This document shows, one piece after another, positions 1 through 9,159 of a DNA stretch of 64,000 bases. Source of the stretch: a virus. Lineage: Duplodnaviria > Caudoviricetes. Location: positions 45,853-109,852 of IMG/VR virus record IMGVR_UViG_3300033121_001789. One strand, given 5' to 3'. The position numbers and the translations under genes are program-made. The number at the start of each line of letters is the position of its first letter. The stretch's first letter is position 1. The notes beneath the pieces are model-generated. The model was given only the letters and a program-made list of their open reading frames with translations, was not told the DNA's origin and did no database searches.

Positions 1-299
1 TGTTCACAATAATAATTATCTTTACCTTTCAAATCATTAATAGATTCATAGGTATTAATGTATTGATCTTGTAATATTTTTGAATTTGTTATAATGTCTA
101 TTTTAGCACCTCCATTAACATTCTTTAAATACCAATCAGATATCATTAAAGCTAGGTGTGATTTACCTACACCAACTGGTAAATCAAGTAAATAAAATTT
201 ATTTTCCTTATTAGATTTATATGACTCATCTATAAAATTAAGACAATTTTTTTGCTCTTCTCTTGGGGTATATTTTAAAAGATCCGATTTTAATGACAT
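1..299 (-). CDS. DinG/XPD-family SF2 helicase, N-terminal part (runs off window)
   Basis: Manual translation MSLKSDLLKYTPREEQ...LDLPVGVGKSH...ITNSKILQDQY...LKGKDNYYC. Shows a Q motif, Walker A and the LKG(R/K)xNYxC signature of DinG/Rad3 helicases. Not in ORF track. Confidence 0.8.
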   Translation of the reverse strand, partial: MSLKSDLLKYTPREEQKNCLNFIDESYKSNKENKFYLLDLPVGVGKSHLALMISDWYLKNVNGGAKIDIITNSKILQDQYINTYESINDLKGKDNYYCE

Positions 300-330
300 T
301 TATTTGGTTTATTTTATAAAGATACAAAAA

Positions 331-633
331 TCAATTGATTATACCATCAATTTTTATATCTCTTTTATTAGCAGTTAGTTGTGGAAGATATAATATGGCT
401 AAATGACATGCCATAGAAAATGTATTACCTGAATGATCATTGCTAATTAAGGGCACTAATGATTTTTGATCATCCCAACTGGCCTTACTAAATGTAATGA
501 TCATATCTTTAGTCTGTAAAGTTTCAGCGATTAATATACCCTCAGAAATGGCGAATAAATTATATTTAGCTCCAAATCCACCATCTATATCAAATCCGAT
601 ATTTTTAAAAAATTCTAAATCTTCTTCTCTCAT
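331..633 (-). CDS. hypothetical protein with C-terminal RDxKI motif
   Basis: 100-aa ORF, ATGA-coupled to the polymerase gene; ends KRDIKIDGIIN. Confidence 0.7.
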   Translation of the reverse strand: MREEDLEFFKNIGFDIDGGFGAKYNLFAISEGILIAETLQTKDMIITFSKASWDDQKSLVPLISNDHSGNTFSMACHLAILYLPQLTANKRDIKIDGIIN

Positions 634-2135
634 AATTCAGCTTCAATTTGTTTTATTTCATCAAGAACTTTTTTGAGTTCTTCTTTTTTTGCCATCATGA
701 TATTTTTATTCTTCTTTCTGTCAGCATAGACATCATCTAACATTTTAAGTGTTGGTGAGTATCTTTTCTCAAAAACAACACCATTAACACAAACAACATG
801 TATAGATTTATCAATCTTTATCTTCTTTGATCCATTGATGCAATAGTCAGGATCATCCTCAATAGTAACACCAACAAATGTTTCTGGAGCAATAAAAAAT
901 TGCAATTGTGTAGTTGGGTATAATGATGCAAAATCATATATAACACACCACTTATTCATACCAACAACTGGATCTTTAACCCATCCACCAGCAATACCAT
1001 CACCAGCATCACGTACAGCATTTTCATCCTTAAAGAGTATTATATCCTCCATCTCACGGAAGCGATTTCTCAATACACCCTCGGTTATTGCTAACGATCC
1101 AAGTGCATTATTTATTTGAGAAACAATATCAACAACCTTAATTTGTGCTAAAGAAGATATAGCAAATATTATTGATATATAATTTCTTGACTCATGAATC
1201 TTTTGAACAAGAACGGAGTCAACTGCGTTGTAATACATAAATGTCTCAAAATCGTCTTCATATAATTTTTGCAAAGATCCTGCATATTTTATTTTCTCAA
1301 CACCAACCAATTTATTAGAAACATAATCTAATGATGATGATTCTTTAACTTTTATGGAAGTATCACATATTTCATATAATTGCATATAGTCAAATATCAT
1401 TCTATGTGCCGGAACTTCATAGTTAGTGGACCATATCTTATTCATTCGTTTGGTAAAAGATGATACGTTTGGATCTATTCTTATTTCCTGACCATTTACC
1501 CATTTAGTTATTTTTCTAGCTCTATTGACCAAATATAACCAGTCATATTGCAAGAAATTCCATCCAGTTATGAGAGGCATTTTTGGAACCATTTTATTAA
1601 AAAAAGACCAAACCATATCAAATTCATCATCATATTTAATGTATTTAAATTTATAATCAGAATCAAACTTTTTAAAATATTTATTAGTGTTTTCTCTAAT
1701 TCTATCTTGCATATCCTGTGGCATGTCTTTCAATCCCATTAATATGATTTTATCATCATAAACAACAGATATAGATAAAACTCTTGTTGGAGCAGTTTCA
1801 GCATCTGGGAAACCATCTATTATTTCAGTTTCAATATCCACAAAGTATATTTTGGGTAAATTAAAATCAAAAATTTCTTGTTTTTCTTTGGGTGGCAATT
1901 GATCTAAAAATTCATAAATTGAATATCTGTCAGGGTGATTAACTTCAATTTGCTTGACACACTTACCATCCCAAGATTTAAATTTTGGATGTCTATCTGG
2001 GTCATTAAAGTCACAAGTTATATATTTAAGTGGGTTTTCTAAAGCATAGTATTTTAATTTTATCTCACCGCTTTTATCAACATAACTAACAACTAACTTT
2101 TTTGTATTTGGTAAGTATTGTGTATCGACTAACAT
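630..2135 (-). CDS. family B DNA polymerase, N-terminal subunit (3'-5' exonuclease + palm motif A); split gp43-like
   Basis: ExoI DIETE, ExoII GWNFLQYD, ExoIII YNAVDS and motif A DFASLYP present. Ends in the fingers helix with no KxxxNSxYG or YGDTDS. Likely start MLVDTQ at 2135. Confidence 0.9.
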   Translation of the reverse strand: MLVDTQYLPNTKKLVVSYVDKSGEIKLKYYALENPLKYITCDFNDPDRHPKFKSWDGKCVKQIEVNHPDRYSIYEFLDQLPPKEKQEIFDFNLPKIYFVDIETEIIDGFPDAETAPTRVLSISVVYDDKIILMGLKDMPQDMQDRIRENTNKYFKKFDSDYKFKYIKYDDEFDMVWSFFNKMVPKMPLITGWNFLQYDWLYLVNRARKITKWVNGQEIRIDPNVSSFTKRMNKIWSTNYEVPAHRMIFDYMQLYEICDTSIKVKESSSLDYVSNKLVGVEKIKYAGSLQKLYEDDFETFMYYNAVDSVLVQKIHESRNYISIIFAISSLAQIKVVDIVSQINNALGSLAITEGVLRNRFREMEDIILFKDENAVRDAGDGIAGGWVKDPVVGMNKWCVIYDFASLYPTTQLQFFIAPETFVGVTIEDDPDYCINGSKKIKIDKSIHVVCVNGVVFEKRYSPTLKMLDDVYADRKKNKNIMMAKKEELKKVLDEIKQIEAEL

Positions 2136-2178
2136 ATTTATTTTACTAATAAAAATTATTTTGTTTAATATATAGATA

Positions 2179-3672
2179 ATGGATATTAAAAAATATAACA
2201 ATTTTCTAATTGATCAAAAATTATATGAAATAATAAATGAATCAATATTAAATGAATCAATGATTCATTATAAAGAAGAATTTAGAAAAGTATTAACTAA
2301 AATGAGTTCTCCAATATCTAAAGATATTTTAGACTTAGAAAATAAAGACATTAAAACAAATTTTAATCTTATCGACACATCAAAAGATGGATACTTATCA
2401 TTTATCTCCTCAAAAACTACTTTAAAATATAAAATAACTGATAATGATTGGACATATGAAGATTGGCCGGAATTATTCAGATCTGTTGGCGAAACTGAAG
2501 ATGAATATCCCACATTACCAGATGGGACTGTCGGTGAAATAATATCTATAATTAGTGATAAAAATTTTTCAGAAATGCCAAAAGATGGTAGAGAAATAGC
2601 TTATTTTCGATCAGATTCGGGTGAAATTTGTTTCATAGATAAAAGAGGTTTAGATTTAATAACCAAAGCAAATACACAAGAAGTAAAAATAGGAAGATTA
2701 GCATCACAACTATTACAGAATGTAAAAAATAAATATTCTGATAAAGAAATAGAAAATTTTGTCAATGAATTTAAATCAAGATTAGATATAATTCGAGATA
2801 AATTTCGACTATTTGAATTGGTAAGTGGAGATCAAATAAGACATTTTTATAATGAAAAACAATATGATACTAAAAAAATGGGACCTCTACACTCTAGTTG
2901 TATGAGATATCAAAAATGTCAAGTATTCTTTGGAATATACACGGATAATCCAAGCGTTTGTCAACTTTTAATACTTAAAAGTGAGGATGAAGAAGATAAA
3001 ATAGTCGGTAGAGCATTAATTTGGAAATTAATAGATGGTACTTATTTCATGGATAGAATCTACTATGTAAATGATTCACAAGTAAATCTATTTAAAGAAT
3101 ATGCAATATCAAAGGGATGGTGTTATAAAATTAGACAAGAATCAAGTGATTCAACCCCCGTAGAATTTAGTAAAGATGTTTTTTATACTGATGATATAAC
3201 AGTCAAATTAGAAAAATCTGTTTTCAAAAAATATCCGTACATGGATACTCTAAAATATCTAGATGAGGGCTCTAATATACTTTCAAATAACTCTAAATAT
3301 TCTGATATTGAATTGGAATCCACAGAAGGATCAAGGGGTGAAGACTGTGGTAGATGTGATGGGGAAGGGACTGTCGAGTGTCCAGAATGTGGAGGTGACG
3401 GGACTAGAGAATGTTATAACTGTTATGGTAATGGTACTGTTGATTGTATCGAATGTGATGATGGAAATATTGAGTGTGGAGAATGTGATGGAACTGGATA
3501 TAATGATGATGAAAAATGTGATAACTGTAAGGGATCTGGTGAGGTTGAATGCTCAAAATGTGAAGGAAGAGCTGATATAGAATGTGATAGATGTGATGGA
3601 AGAGGAGAAAGAACTTGTGGGGATTGTGATGGAGATGGTACTGTTTCTTGTCCAGAATGCAATGGAGACTAA
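2179..3672 (+). CDS. phage protein with SCM-containing domain and C-terminal array of about 10 CxxCxGxG zinc-finger repeats
   Basis: SSCMRY...GRALIW...MDRIY core followed by repeats CGRCDGEG, CPECGGDG...CPECNGD; no J-domain HPD. Confidence 0.75.
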   Translation: MDIKKYNNFLIDQKLYEIINESILNESMIHYKEEFRKVLTKMSSPISKDILDLENKDIKTNFNLIDTSKDGYLSFISSKTTLKYKITDNDWTYEDWPELFRSVGETEDEYPTLPDGTVGEIISIISDKNFSEMPKDGREIAYFRSDSGEICFIDKRGLDLITKANTQEVKIGRLASQLLQNVKNKYSDKEIENFVNEFKSRLDIIRDKFRLFELVSGDQIRHFYNEKQYDTKKMGPLHSSCMRYQKCQVFFGIYTDNPSVCQLLILKSEDEEDKIVGRALIWKLIDGTYFMDRIYYVNDSQVNLFKEYAISKGWCYKIRQESSDSTPVEFSKDVFYTDDITVKLEKSVFKKYPYMDTLKYLDEGSNILSNNSKYSDIELESTEGSRGEDCGRCDGEGTVECPECGGDGTRECYNCYGNGTVDCIECDDGNIECGECDGTGYNDDEKCDNCKGSGEVECSKCEGRADIECDRCDGRGERTCGDCDGDGTVSCPECNGD

Positions 3673-4148
3673 AAATCCACATCCAAATACTCATAAACTT
3701 GCTGTGTTCTTGTATTTCTAAATTCCAAATCAACTCTTCGATATACCTGATATTCAAAGTACTTCGATGTTTTAAACAATGAACGAATAAATGGAATCTC
3801 ATTCGATTCGAGTTGTGACTCATCAACCATTAAGCAAAGAATTTTAGTATCATCCTCAGGATCATAATTAATAACAGCGTTATCTAAATCTCTATTTAGA
3901 TTCTTCTTACCAAATGCTATAAATTTAGATGTTATTTTTTCTTTTTTGGGTAAATATGTTATTTCAAAATCATCACCAGTTTGTAAGTCTTCGACAACAT
4001 CCTTTAATAGGATTCTTATCCAAAGATAAACCTTTTGCTTTTCTATTTCCCTTACCTGTAAATCATTATCAGTATTATATGATAATTCATCAGTATCAAG
4101 ATTTCTTATTTGATTAAGAATATCCTCGTATATTCCAATTTTTTCCAT
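3669..4148 (-). CDS. hypothetical protein
   Basis: 159-aa ORF with normal composition. Confidence 0.7.
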   Translation of the reverse strand: MEKIGIYEDILNQIRNLDTDELSYNTDNDLQVREIEKQKVYLWIRILLKDVVEDLQTGDDFEITYLPKKEKITSKFIAFGKKNLNRDLDNAVINYDPEDDTKILCLMVDESQLESNEIPFIRSLFKTSKYFEYQVYRRVDLEFRNTRTQQVYEYLDVDF

Positions 4149-4162
4149 TTCTATTATTATTT

Positions 4163-4372
4163 TTATCCAGGAAAGGCAGCAACAACAATTCCTTTCAATA
4201 CCCTAAAGTTAATTCTATTTCCCTTAACTGACATGTCCAACATTTTAACGTCTCCATCCTCCTCAACGATTCTTGTTATAAATCCACCATTCTCGGCATA
4301 TTTAGTAGCTTCTTGTAATGTTAATCCTTTGTAATCGGATTCTCTTACCATTCCATTATTTCTTAATTCCAT
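4163..4372 (-). CDS. small protein, possible potato-inhibitor/I78-like protease inhibitor fold
   Basis: YKGLTLQEA...RIVEEDG...LDMSVKGNRINFRV..GIVVAAFPG pattern. Confidence 0.45.
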   Translation of the reverse strand: MELRNNGMVRESDYKGLTLQEATKYAENGGFITRIVEEDGDVKMLDMSVKGNRINFRVLKGIVVAAFPG

Positions 4373-4455
4373 TTTTATTATTATTTTTTAATTATATATT
4401 TAAAAAAAATAAATGTTTATTAAAAGGGAAACCCAACCATATAATATATATTATC

Positions 4456-5283
4456 ATGAATAATTCCGGAATTTATAAAATAATATGTTTAATAGATTAT
4501 AAAATTTATATAGGATCTGCCAAAAATTTAGACAAGAGATGGAGAAGACATTTAAACGATCTAAAATCAGGTAAACATATAAATATTCATCTACAAAGGG
4601 CCTTTAATAAATATGGAATTGAAAATTTTCGATTTGAAATTTTAGAAATTTGTGATTATGATAGCATATTACAACGAGAACAATTTTACTTAGATAAATT
4701 TAGACCATTCGAAATTGGATTCAATATAGGATCAAAATCTTCTGGAGGTGACAATCTAACTAATAATCCAAATAGAGAAAAAATTATTCTAAAAATAAAA
4801 AACTCTATAAATAAAAATATTTCTAAAATGTCAAAAGAAGAAAGGAAGAGAAAGTGGTCCAATCCAGGAAAATTTAATCCGAATTTTAGAAAAAAATGGT
4901 CAGAAGAACAAAAAAATAAAGCGTCTGAGAATCAAAAAAATAACCCAAATAACCACTTCAAACTGAATAAAAATAAAACAAATATAGAAATATATGGAAA
5001 GGATAAGGCTATGGAAATAAGCAAAAAGTTATCCAATCATGCCTCTACCAGGACAGGTGAAAAAAATCCATTTTTTAACAAAAAACATTCAAAAGAAAGT
5101 AAAGATAAAATTAGTAAAAGCCGAAAAGGGAAAAAGCCAACAAATAGGAAAAAAATTTCAATTAAAGAAATTATATATGAATCGTATGCTGATGCTTCGA
5201 AATCATTAAATATACCTATTGTGACTATAAGATGGAGATGCTTATCAAAAAATTCTAAATTTGAATCGTATAAACTAATTTGA
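4456..5283 (+). mobile_element. free-standing GIY-YIG homing endonuclease with NUMOD3-like motifs
   Basis: MNNSGIYKI...IYIGSAKNLDKRW, NPFFNKKHSKESKDKISKS; convergent with thyA. Confidence 0.9.
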
Positions 5284-6390
5284 TAATTCTGCTCTAATTG
5301 CATGTGATGATTTATAACCCAAAATCTTAATATCCTCAAAAGATATATCAAAAATTGGCTTTTTGCTTATTTCAATATAAGGTAATTTAAAAGTTTCTTG
5401 AGTTAATTGTAATTTAGCCTGTTCAATATGATTTGTGTAGAGATGAGCGTCTCCAATTGATAATATTAGATCACATGGTGACATATTGACTTCATTAGAT
5501 AATAAGTGTAGCAATAATGCATAGGAAGCTATATTAAAAGGACAACCTAAAAATATATCATTTGATCTGATTGTGACTTTTAAACTCAATTTTCTTTTTG
5601 GAAAGTTAAGTTTATCGAGATTTTCATGTGTCATATCTTCACCATATGAGATATTTTTATTTATGGATTTACACCACCTCTGTACTCGTTCCGATAAATT
5701 CATTTCAGATGTATAACATTGAAATCCATAGTGACAAGGTGGAAGAACCATTTTATCTAAATCACCGACATTCCAAGCATTGACCATCAATCGCCTAGAA
5801 TCAGGACTTAATTTAAGATCATTAATCAAATTTGATATTTGATCTATTCCATTAGTATTTTTGATATACCTCTCGAATCCATAACTTTCATCTAAACTTT
5901 TGTGATACCCATCCCAATTTCTCCACTGTTTTCCATAAACTGGTCCTAACTCTCCCCACTTTTTAGAAAATTCATAGTCAGTTTTTATTTTTTGAATGAA
6001 TTCCTCCTGTGAATAATGAATATAATTAGGATATCCGCTATTAAATTCGATACCATCCGCCTTAAAATGTTTTTGTCTTTCTGAAAGAACAATCGAATCT
6101 ATATTTGTACTAACATATTTTTTATAGGCATCCCCATCCCAAATATGCACATCATTATCGACTAGATATTTAATATTTGTATCTCCCCTTAAAAACCATA
6201 TGAGCTCATGTATTATTCCTTTGGTGAACATTTTCTTGGATGTTAGTAGTGGAAATCCCTCATCCATATTAAACTTCATTGTATGATCAAAAATAGATAT
6301 CGTGCCAGTTCCGGTTCTATCCATTTTGGTCACTCCATTTTTTAAAATTTTCCTAACCAAATCAAAATATTGTTTATCCGCATTATTCAT
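5275..6390 (-). CDS. thyA: thymidylate synthase
   Basis: DRTGTGT, ELIWFLRG, LGPVYGKQWR, PDSRR, LPPCH, RSNDIFLGCPFN, GDAHLY. Confidence 0.97.
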   Translation of the reverse strand: MNNADKQYFDLVRKILKNGVTKMDRTGTGTISIFDHTMKFNMDEGFPLLTSKKMFTKGIIHELIWFLRGDTNIKYLVDNDVHIWDGDAYKKYVSTNIDSIVLSERQKHFKADGIEFNSGYPNYIHYSQEEFIQKIKTDYEFSKKWGELGPVYGKQWRNWDGYHKSLDESYGFERYIKNTNGIDQISNLINDLKLSPDSRRLMVNAWNVGDLDKMVLPPCHYGFQCYTSEMNLSERVQRWCKSINKNISYGEDMTHENLDKLNFPKRKLSLKVTIRSNDIFLGCPFNIASYALLLHLLSNEVNMSPCDLILSIGDAHLYTNHIEQAKLQLTQETFKLPYIEISKKPIFDISFEDIKILGYKSSHAIRAELSN

Positions 6391-6547
6391 TAGTATTATT
6401 AATTTTTGTCTCTAATTGTTTAATTCTATGTACTACTTTTTTTATCTTATCAAGTCTGCTGCCCTTTCCTAAGATAGATTTTATAATTTCCCTATCTATA
6501 GCAATCTCTTTTGATAATAAATCAATTAGTTCTTTCTCTGAGTCCAC
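6383..6547 (-). CDS. 54-aa protein resembling the gp23 backbone helix
   Basis: Manual translation from GTG: MDSEKELIDLLSKEIAIDREIIKSILGKGSRLDKIKKVV...; fills the gap and overlaps both neighbours. Confidence 0.5.
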   Translation of the reverse strand: MDSEKELIDLLSKEIAIDREIIKSILGKGSRLDKIKKVVHRIKQLETKINNTNE

Positions 6548-7313
6548 TTTCTATCTTCCATTTTGAATCGAACCAAAATGTCCGATTATTAGAATCTTTT
6601 ATTGAAGATCCTTTTTGGTAAAAAACCCATTTATCAAATTCATCAGAATCACCATCAAATGGATTTTTCCAATCTTTTATTTGACCACCATTAAAGTTAT
6701 AAGCTGTCAATGCCACATCACGACACATATCAATGATAGATTCATTTTGATTTATAGCCTCCCTACCAGATATAAAGGGATTAATATCGGCATAATAAAT
6801 TATAGTACTACGAAGATAATTCCCTATTCCATTAAAATATTTCTGATTCAACAAAACCTCATAGATAGGTTTGTCAAAATCTTTATTTTTCAAATTTTTT
6901 AATATATTAGACTTAAAATTATCAAAATCATCTACTGGATCAGGTCCTCTTTTTGTACCCTTAAAAGGATATTGTACCGAGTATTTTGGACCCATATAAC
7001 CACCATATAAAAGAAGTGAATTTCCAGTTTCATCATCTATTCTTAATCTAACAAACTTAGTACGACTCCATTCATCGGTAGAAACATATGTCCAATTACC
7101 ACTCATTCCCATAAAAACATAAATTGATAAACTATCAAGATTAAGTATCAATTCCTTACCAATAGACTTTGAATTAATTCTAAAATTACACAAATTATCA
7201 AACTCTTGTGGGATATTACCCTTTTTGACATGAAAGGCTTTTGTAAATTTTTTGTCTTTGGAACAATGATTTATAAATTTAGACATGATCCGAAGTTCAG
7301 GTAATTCTGGCAT
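6522..7313 (-). CDS. Fpg/Nei-family DNA glycosylase, NEIL1-like (zincless finger)
   Basis: MPELPE N-terminus, GKEL, GMSG, H2TH LLNQKYFNGIGNYLR, C-terminal NRTFWF without a Cys finger. Confidence 0.9.
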   Translation of the reverse strand: MPELPELRIMSKFINHCSKDKKFTKAFHVKKGNIPQEFDNLCNFRINSKSIGKELILNLDSLSIYVFMGMSGNWTYVSTDEWSRTKFVRLRIDDETGNSLLLYGGYMGPKYSVQYPFKGTKRGPDPVDDFDNFKSNILKNLKNKDFDKPIYEVLLNQKYFNGIGNYLRSTIIYYADINPFISGREAINQNESIIDMCRDVALTAYNFNGGQIKDWKNPFDGDSDEFDKWVFYQKGSSIKDSNNRTFWFDSKWKIESGLRERTN

Positions 7314-7343
7314 GTATATTATAATTAAATTGAAATAGTAAGT

Positions 7344-7649
7344 TTATAAAAGAATATCAATGACAATGTCTCTTTTTATTTGGACATCTATTGGATAGAA
7401 TTTTTCTATCTCTGTGATAATTTCTACTTCTTGTAAGGTATTTAATTTATGTGAAGCATAAATATATTTTTCTGATGCAAAACAAAAATCAACATAATAA
7501 ACATCCTTTGGATGTTTCAATAAATTTGGATTTGACCATTGCTTGGGTATGACATCTATAATTAACTGATTGTATATAAATCGGTTTTTATTTTCTGATA
7601 GTGAAAATCCGAGCTTAAATAGTATATTAAATAACTTACTCTTCTCCAT
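7344..7649 (-). CDS. hypothetical protein with C-terminal RDxxI motif
   Basis: ends KRDIVIDILL. Confidence 0.65.
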   Translation of the reverse strand: MEKSKLFNILFKLGFSLSENKNRFIYNQLIIDVIPKQWSNPNLLKHPKDVYYVDFCFASEKYIYASHKLNTLQEVEIITEIEKFYPIDVQIKRDIVIDILL

Positions 7650-7983
7650 GTATAATACACAATTTGTTGATTATTCTATTATTAATACCCCAATACTGAT
7701 TATTATCAGATTTCGGACAAGAGCATTTTGGTATATTATACCAATCATGTTTGGTTGAATCCAACTTAAATCCCCAAAGTCTCTGCAATTGATAATTTAT
7801 TTGTGTAATAATATTAGAATAGTTTCTAAGTTGCGTCTTATCATCTGTTACTTCCATTATATCATAAAAACAACATCGAATTTTTTGTAACTTTTCTATC
7901 TTTAACCTAGTATTAATATCAATCCCTTTCGCCCTTAAAAGAGATTGATTAATACCATTATATTTATGTTTTCCAAAAATCAT
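7636..7983 (-). CDS. phage hypothetical protein (Cys/His motif)
   Basis: LQRLWGF...PKCSCPKSDN...CIIHG. Confidence 0.7.
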   Translation of the reverse strand: MIFGKHKYNGINQSLLRAKGIDINTRLKIEKLQKIRCCFYDIMEVTDDKTQLRNYSNIITQINYQLQRLWGFKLDSTKHDWYNIPKCSCPKSDNNQYWGINNRIINKLCIIHGEE

Positions 7984-8522
7984 ATTGAGAAGTCTATAAT
8001 TTCATGTTCATCAATAGGCTTTCTATTTTCATTAGAAATTAAGTTAAATCTCTTACACTGATCTAAAATATATTTAGAGTGATCTAAATATTTTTCATTT
8101 ACATATCCTAAGGTTAAGTGTAAACCAAAATAAGGATCTCTACTTAAACCCATAGCCTCTCTGATATTTTCACTATCTGGAGAGTGTGCTCTTAACCACC
8201 AATGTTGGCCATTAGATCTTGGTTCAATTTCTAAATAAAAATCGATTTCTTTATTATTGAAAACTTTAGCAGCTTGACTAAAAACATCCTTATCAAGTCT
8301 ATCATTAATAAATGTTATGTGAGTTCTTCTTAAATTTTTATTTAACTCTAAATTAAATCTCTTCTTTAAGAACCAAGCATAATACCTATCAAGATCGCAA
8401 TCGGTTTTAATAATGGCAACTCTCTTCCAAACAGATTGAGATCTATGTTTCCTGGTTTTATCCTCAGGACTAAATTCTAATATGCCTCTATATTTAATTA
8501 ACATTTGAGTGTAAAAATACAA
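7980..8522 (-). CDS. 2H phosphoesterase family protein
   Basis: Two HxT motifs (THITF, LHLTLG) about 67 aa apart; true start probably MLIKY. Confidence 0.7.
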   Translation of the reverse strand: MYFYTQMLIKYRGILEFSPEDKTRKHRSQSVWKRVAIIKTDCDLDRYYAWFLKKRFNLELNKNLRRTHITFINDRLDKDVFSQAAKVFNNKEIDFYLEIEPRSNGQHWWLRAHSPDSENIREAMGLSRDPYFGLHLTLGYVNEKYLDHSKYILDQCKRFNLISNENRKPIDEHEIIDFSI

Positions 8523-8571
8523 AAAAATCGAAAAAAATCAAAAGAAAAACAGATTTTAATATATATAGCTA

Positions 8572-8964
8572 ATGATACTAATAATAATTTTATCTTATAT
8601 TTTTTGGATTCTTTATTCCTTTATTGAGGGTATTCGAGAAGCAAATCTTAGAAAAAACGCACCGAAATCTGAGGTAAAACTCAAAATGTATAATCTACAA
8701 AGAATTGGTGTATTGTTGATGGTATCAATACTATTATATTTCAAAATAAAATTTTTGGCTATATTAGTATTTACATCTATGTTGTTAACATTTCCATATA
8801 TACATAACGGAACATATTTTTCAACAAGAAATAGACTATCTCCAATAGAAGGATTTTGTAAAGATAGTGATGATGAAAAACTATCAATACATTTTAATTA
8901 TAAAATAAGATCAAGATTGATAATAATCGGAATTGCATTAATTATTCTATCATGTTTTATATAA
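8572..8964 (+). CDS. membrane protein
   Basis: 3-4 hydrophobic segments; preceded by TAATATATA. Confidence 0.65.
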   Translation: MILIIILSYIFWILYSFIEGIREANLRKNAPKSEVKLKMYNLQRIGVLLMVSILLYFKIKFLAILVFTSMLLTFPYIHNGTYFSTRNRLSPIEGFCKDSDDEKLSIHFNYKIRSRLIIIGIALIILSCFI

Positions 8965-8979
8965 AAAATAATAATAATT

Positions 8980-9159
8980 ATGGGCGACTTAATTAAAAAA
9001 ACTACTTTGTCTGATGAGGAAATTTCCTTACTAAGAGAAAAATTTCTGGTTGAATATTCTAAGAAAAAAGGATGGAATCCTAAAGAATTATCAACAACAC
9101 AAATGTTAGAAATAGCTACTCAGAAAGAGTACAAAAATCCAGGTTTAATATTAGGATAA
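8980..9159 (+). CDS. 59-aa hypothetical protein
   Basis: Manual translation MGDLIKKTTLSDEEISLLREKF...KNPGLILG; below the ORF-track cutoff. Confidence 0.65.
   Translation: MGDLIKKTTLSDEEISLLREKFLVEYSKKKGWNPKELSTTQMLEIATQKEYKNPGLILG

Noticed and set aside
2179-3672. dnaJ
   Set aside because: No J-domain/HPD or G/F region; only the zinc-finger repeats are shared.
4318-4455. Track-predicted N-terminal extensions of the GIY-YIG (also PolB 2136-2201 and gp21 37043-37078)
   Set aside because: They overlap neighbouring genes or promoter motifs; downstream ATGs fit the domain starts better.
5275-6390. Group I intron in thyA (as in T4 td) given the adjacent GIY-YIG
   Set aside because: thyA is uninterrupted and the endonuclease is free-standing on the opposite strand.
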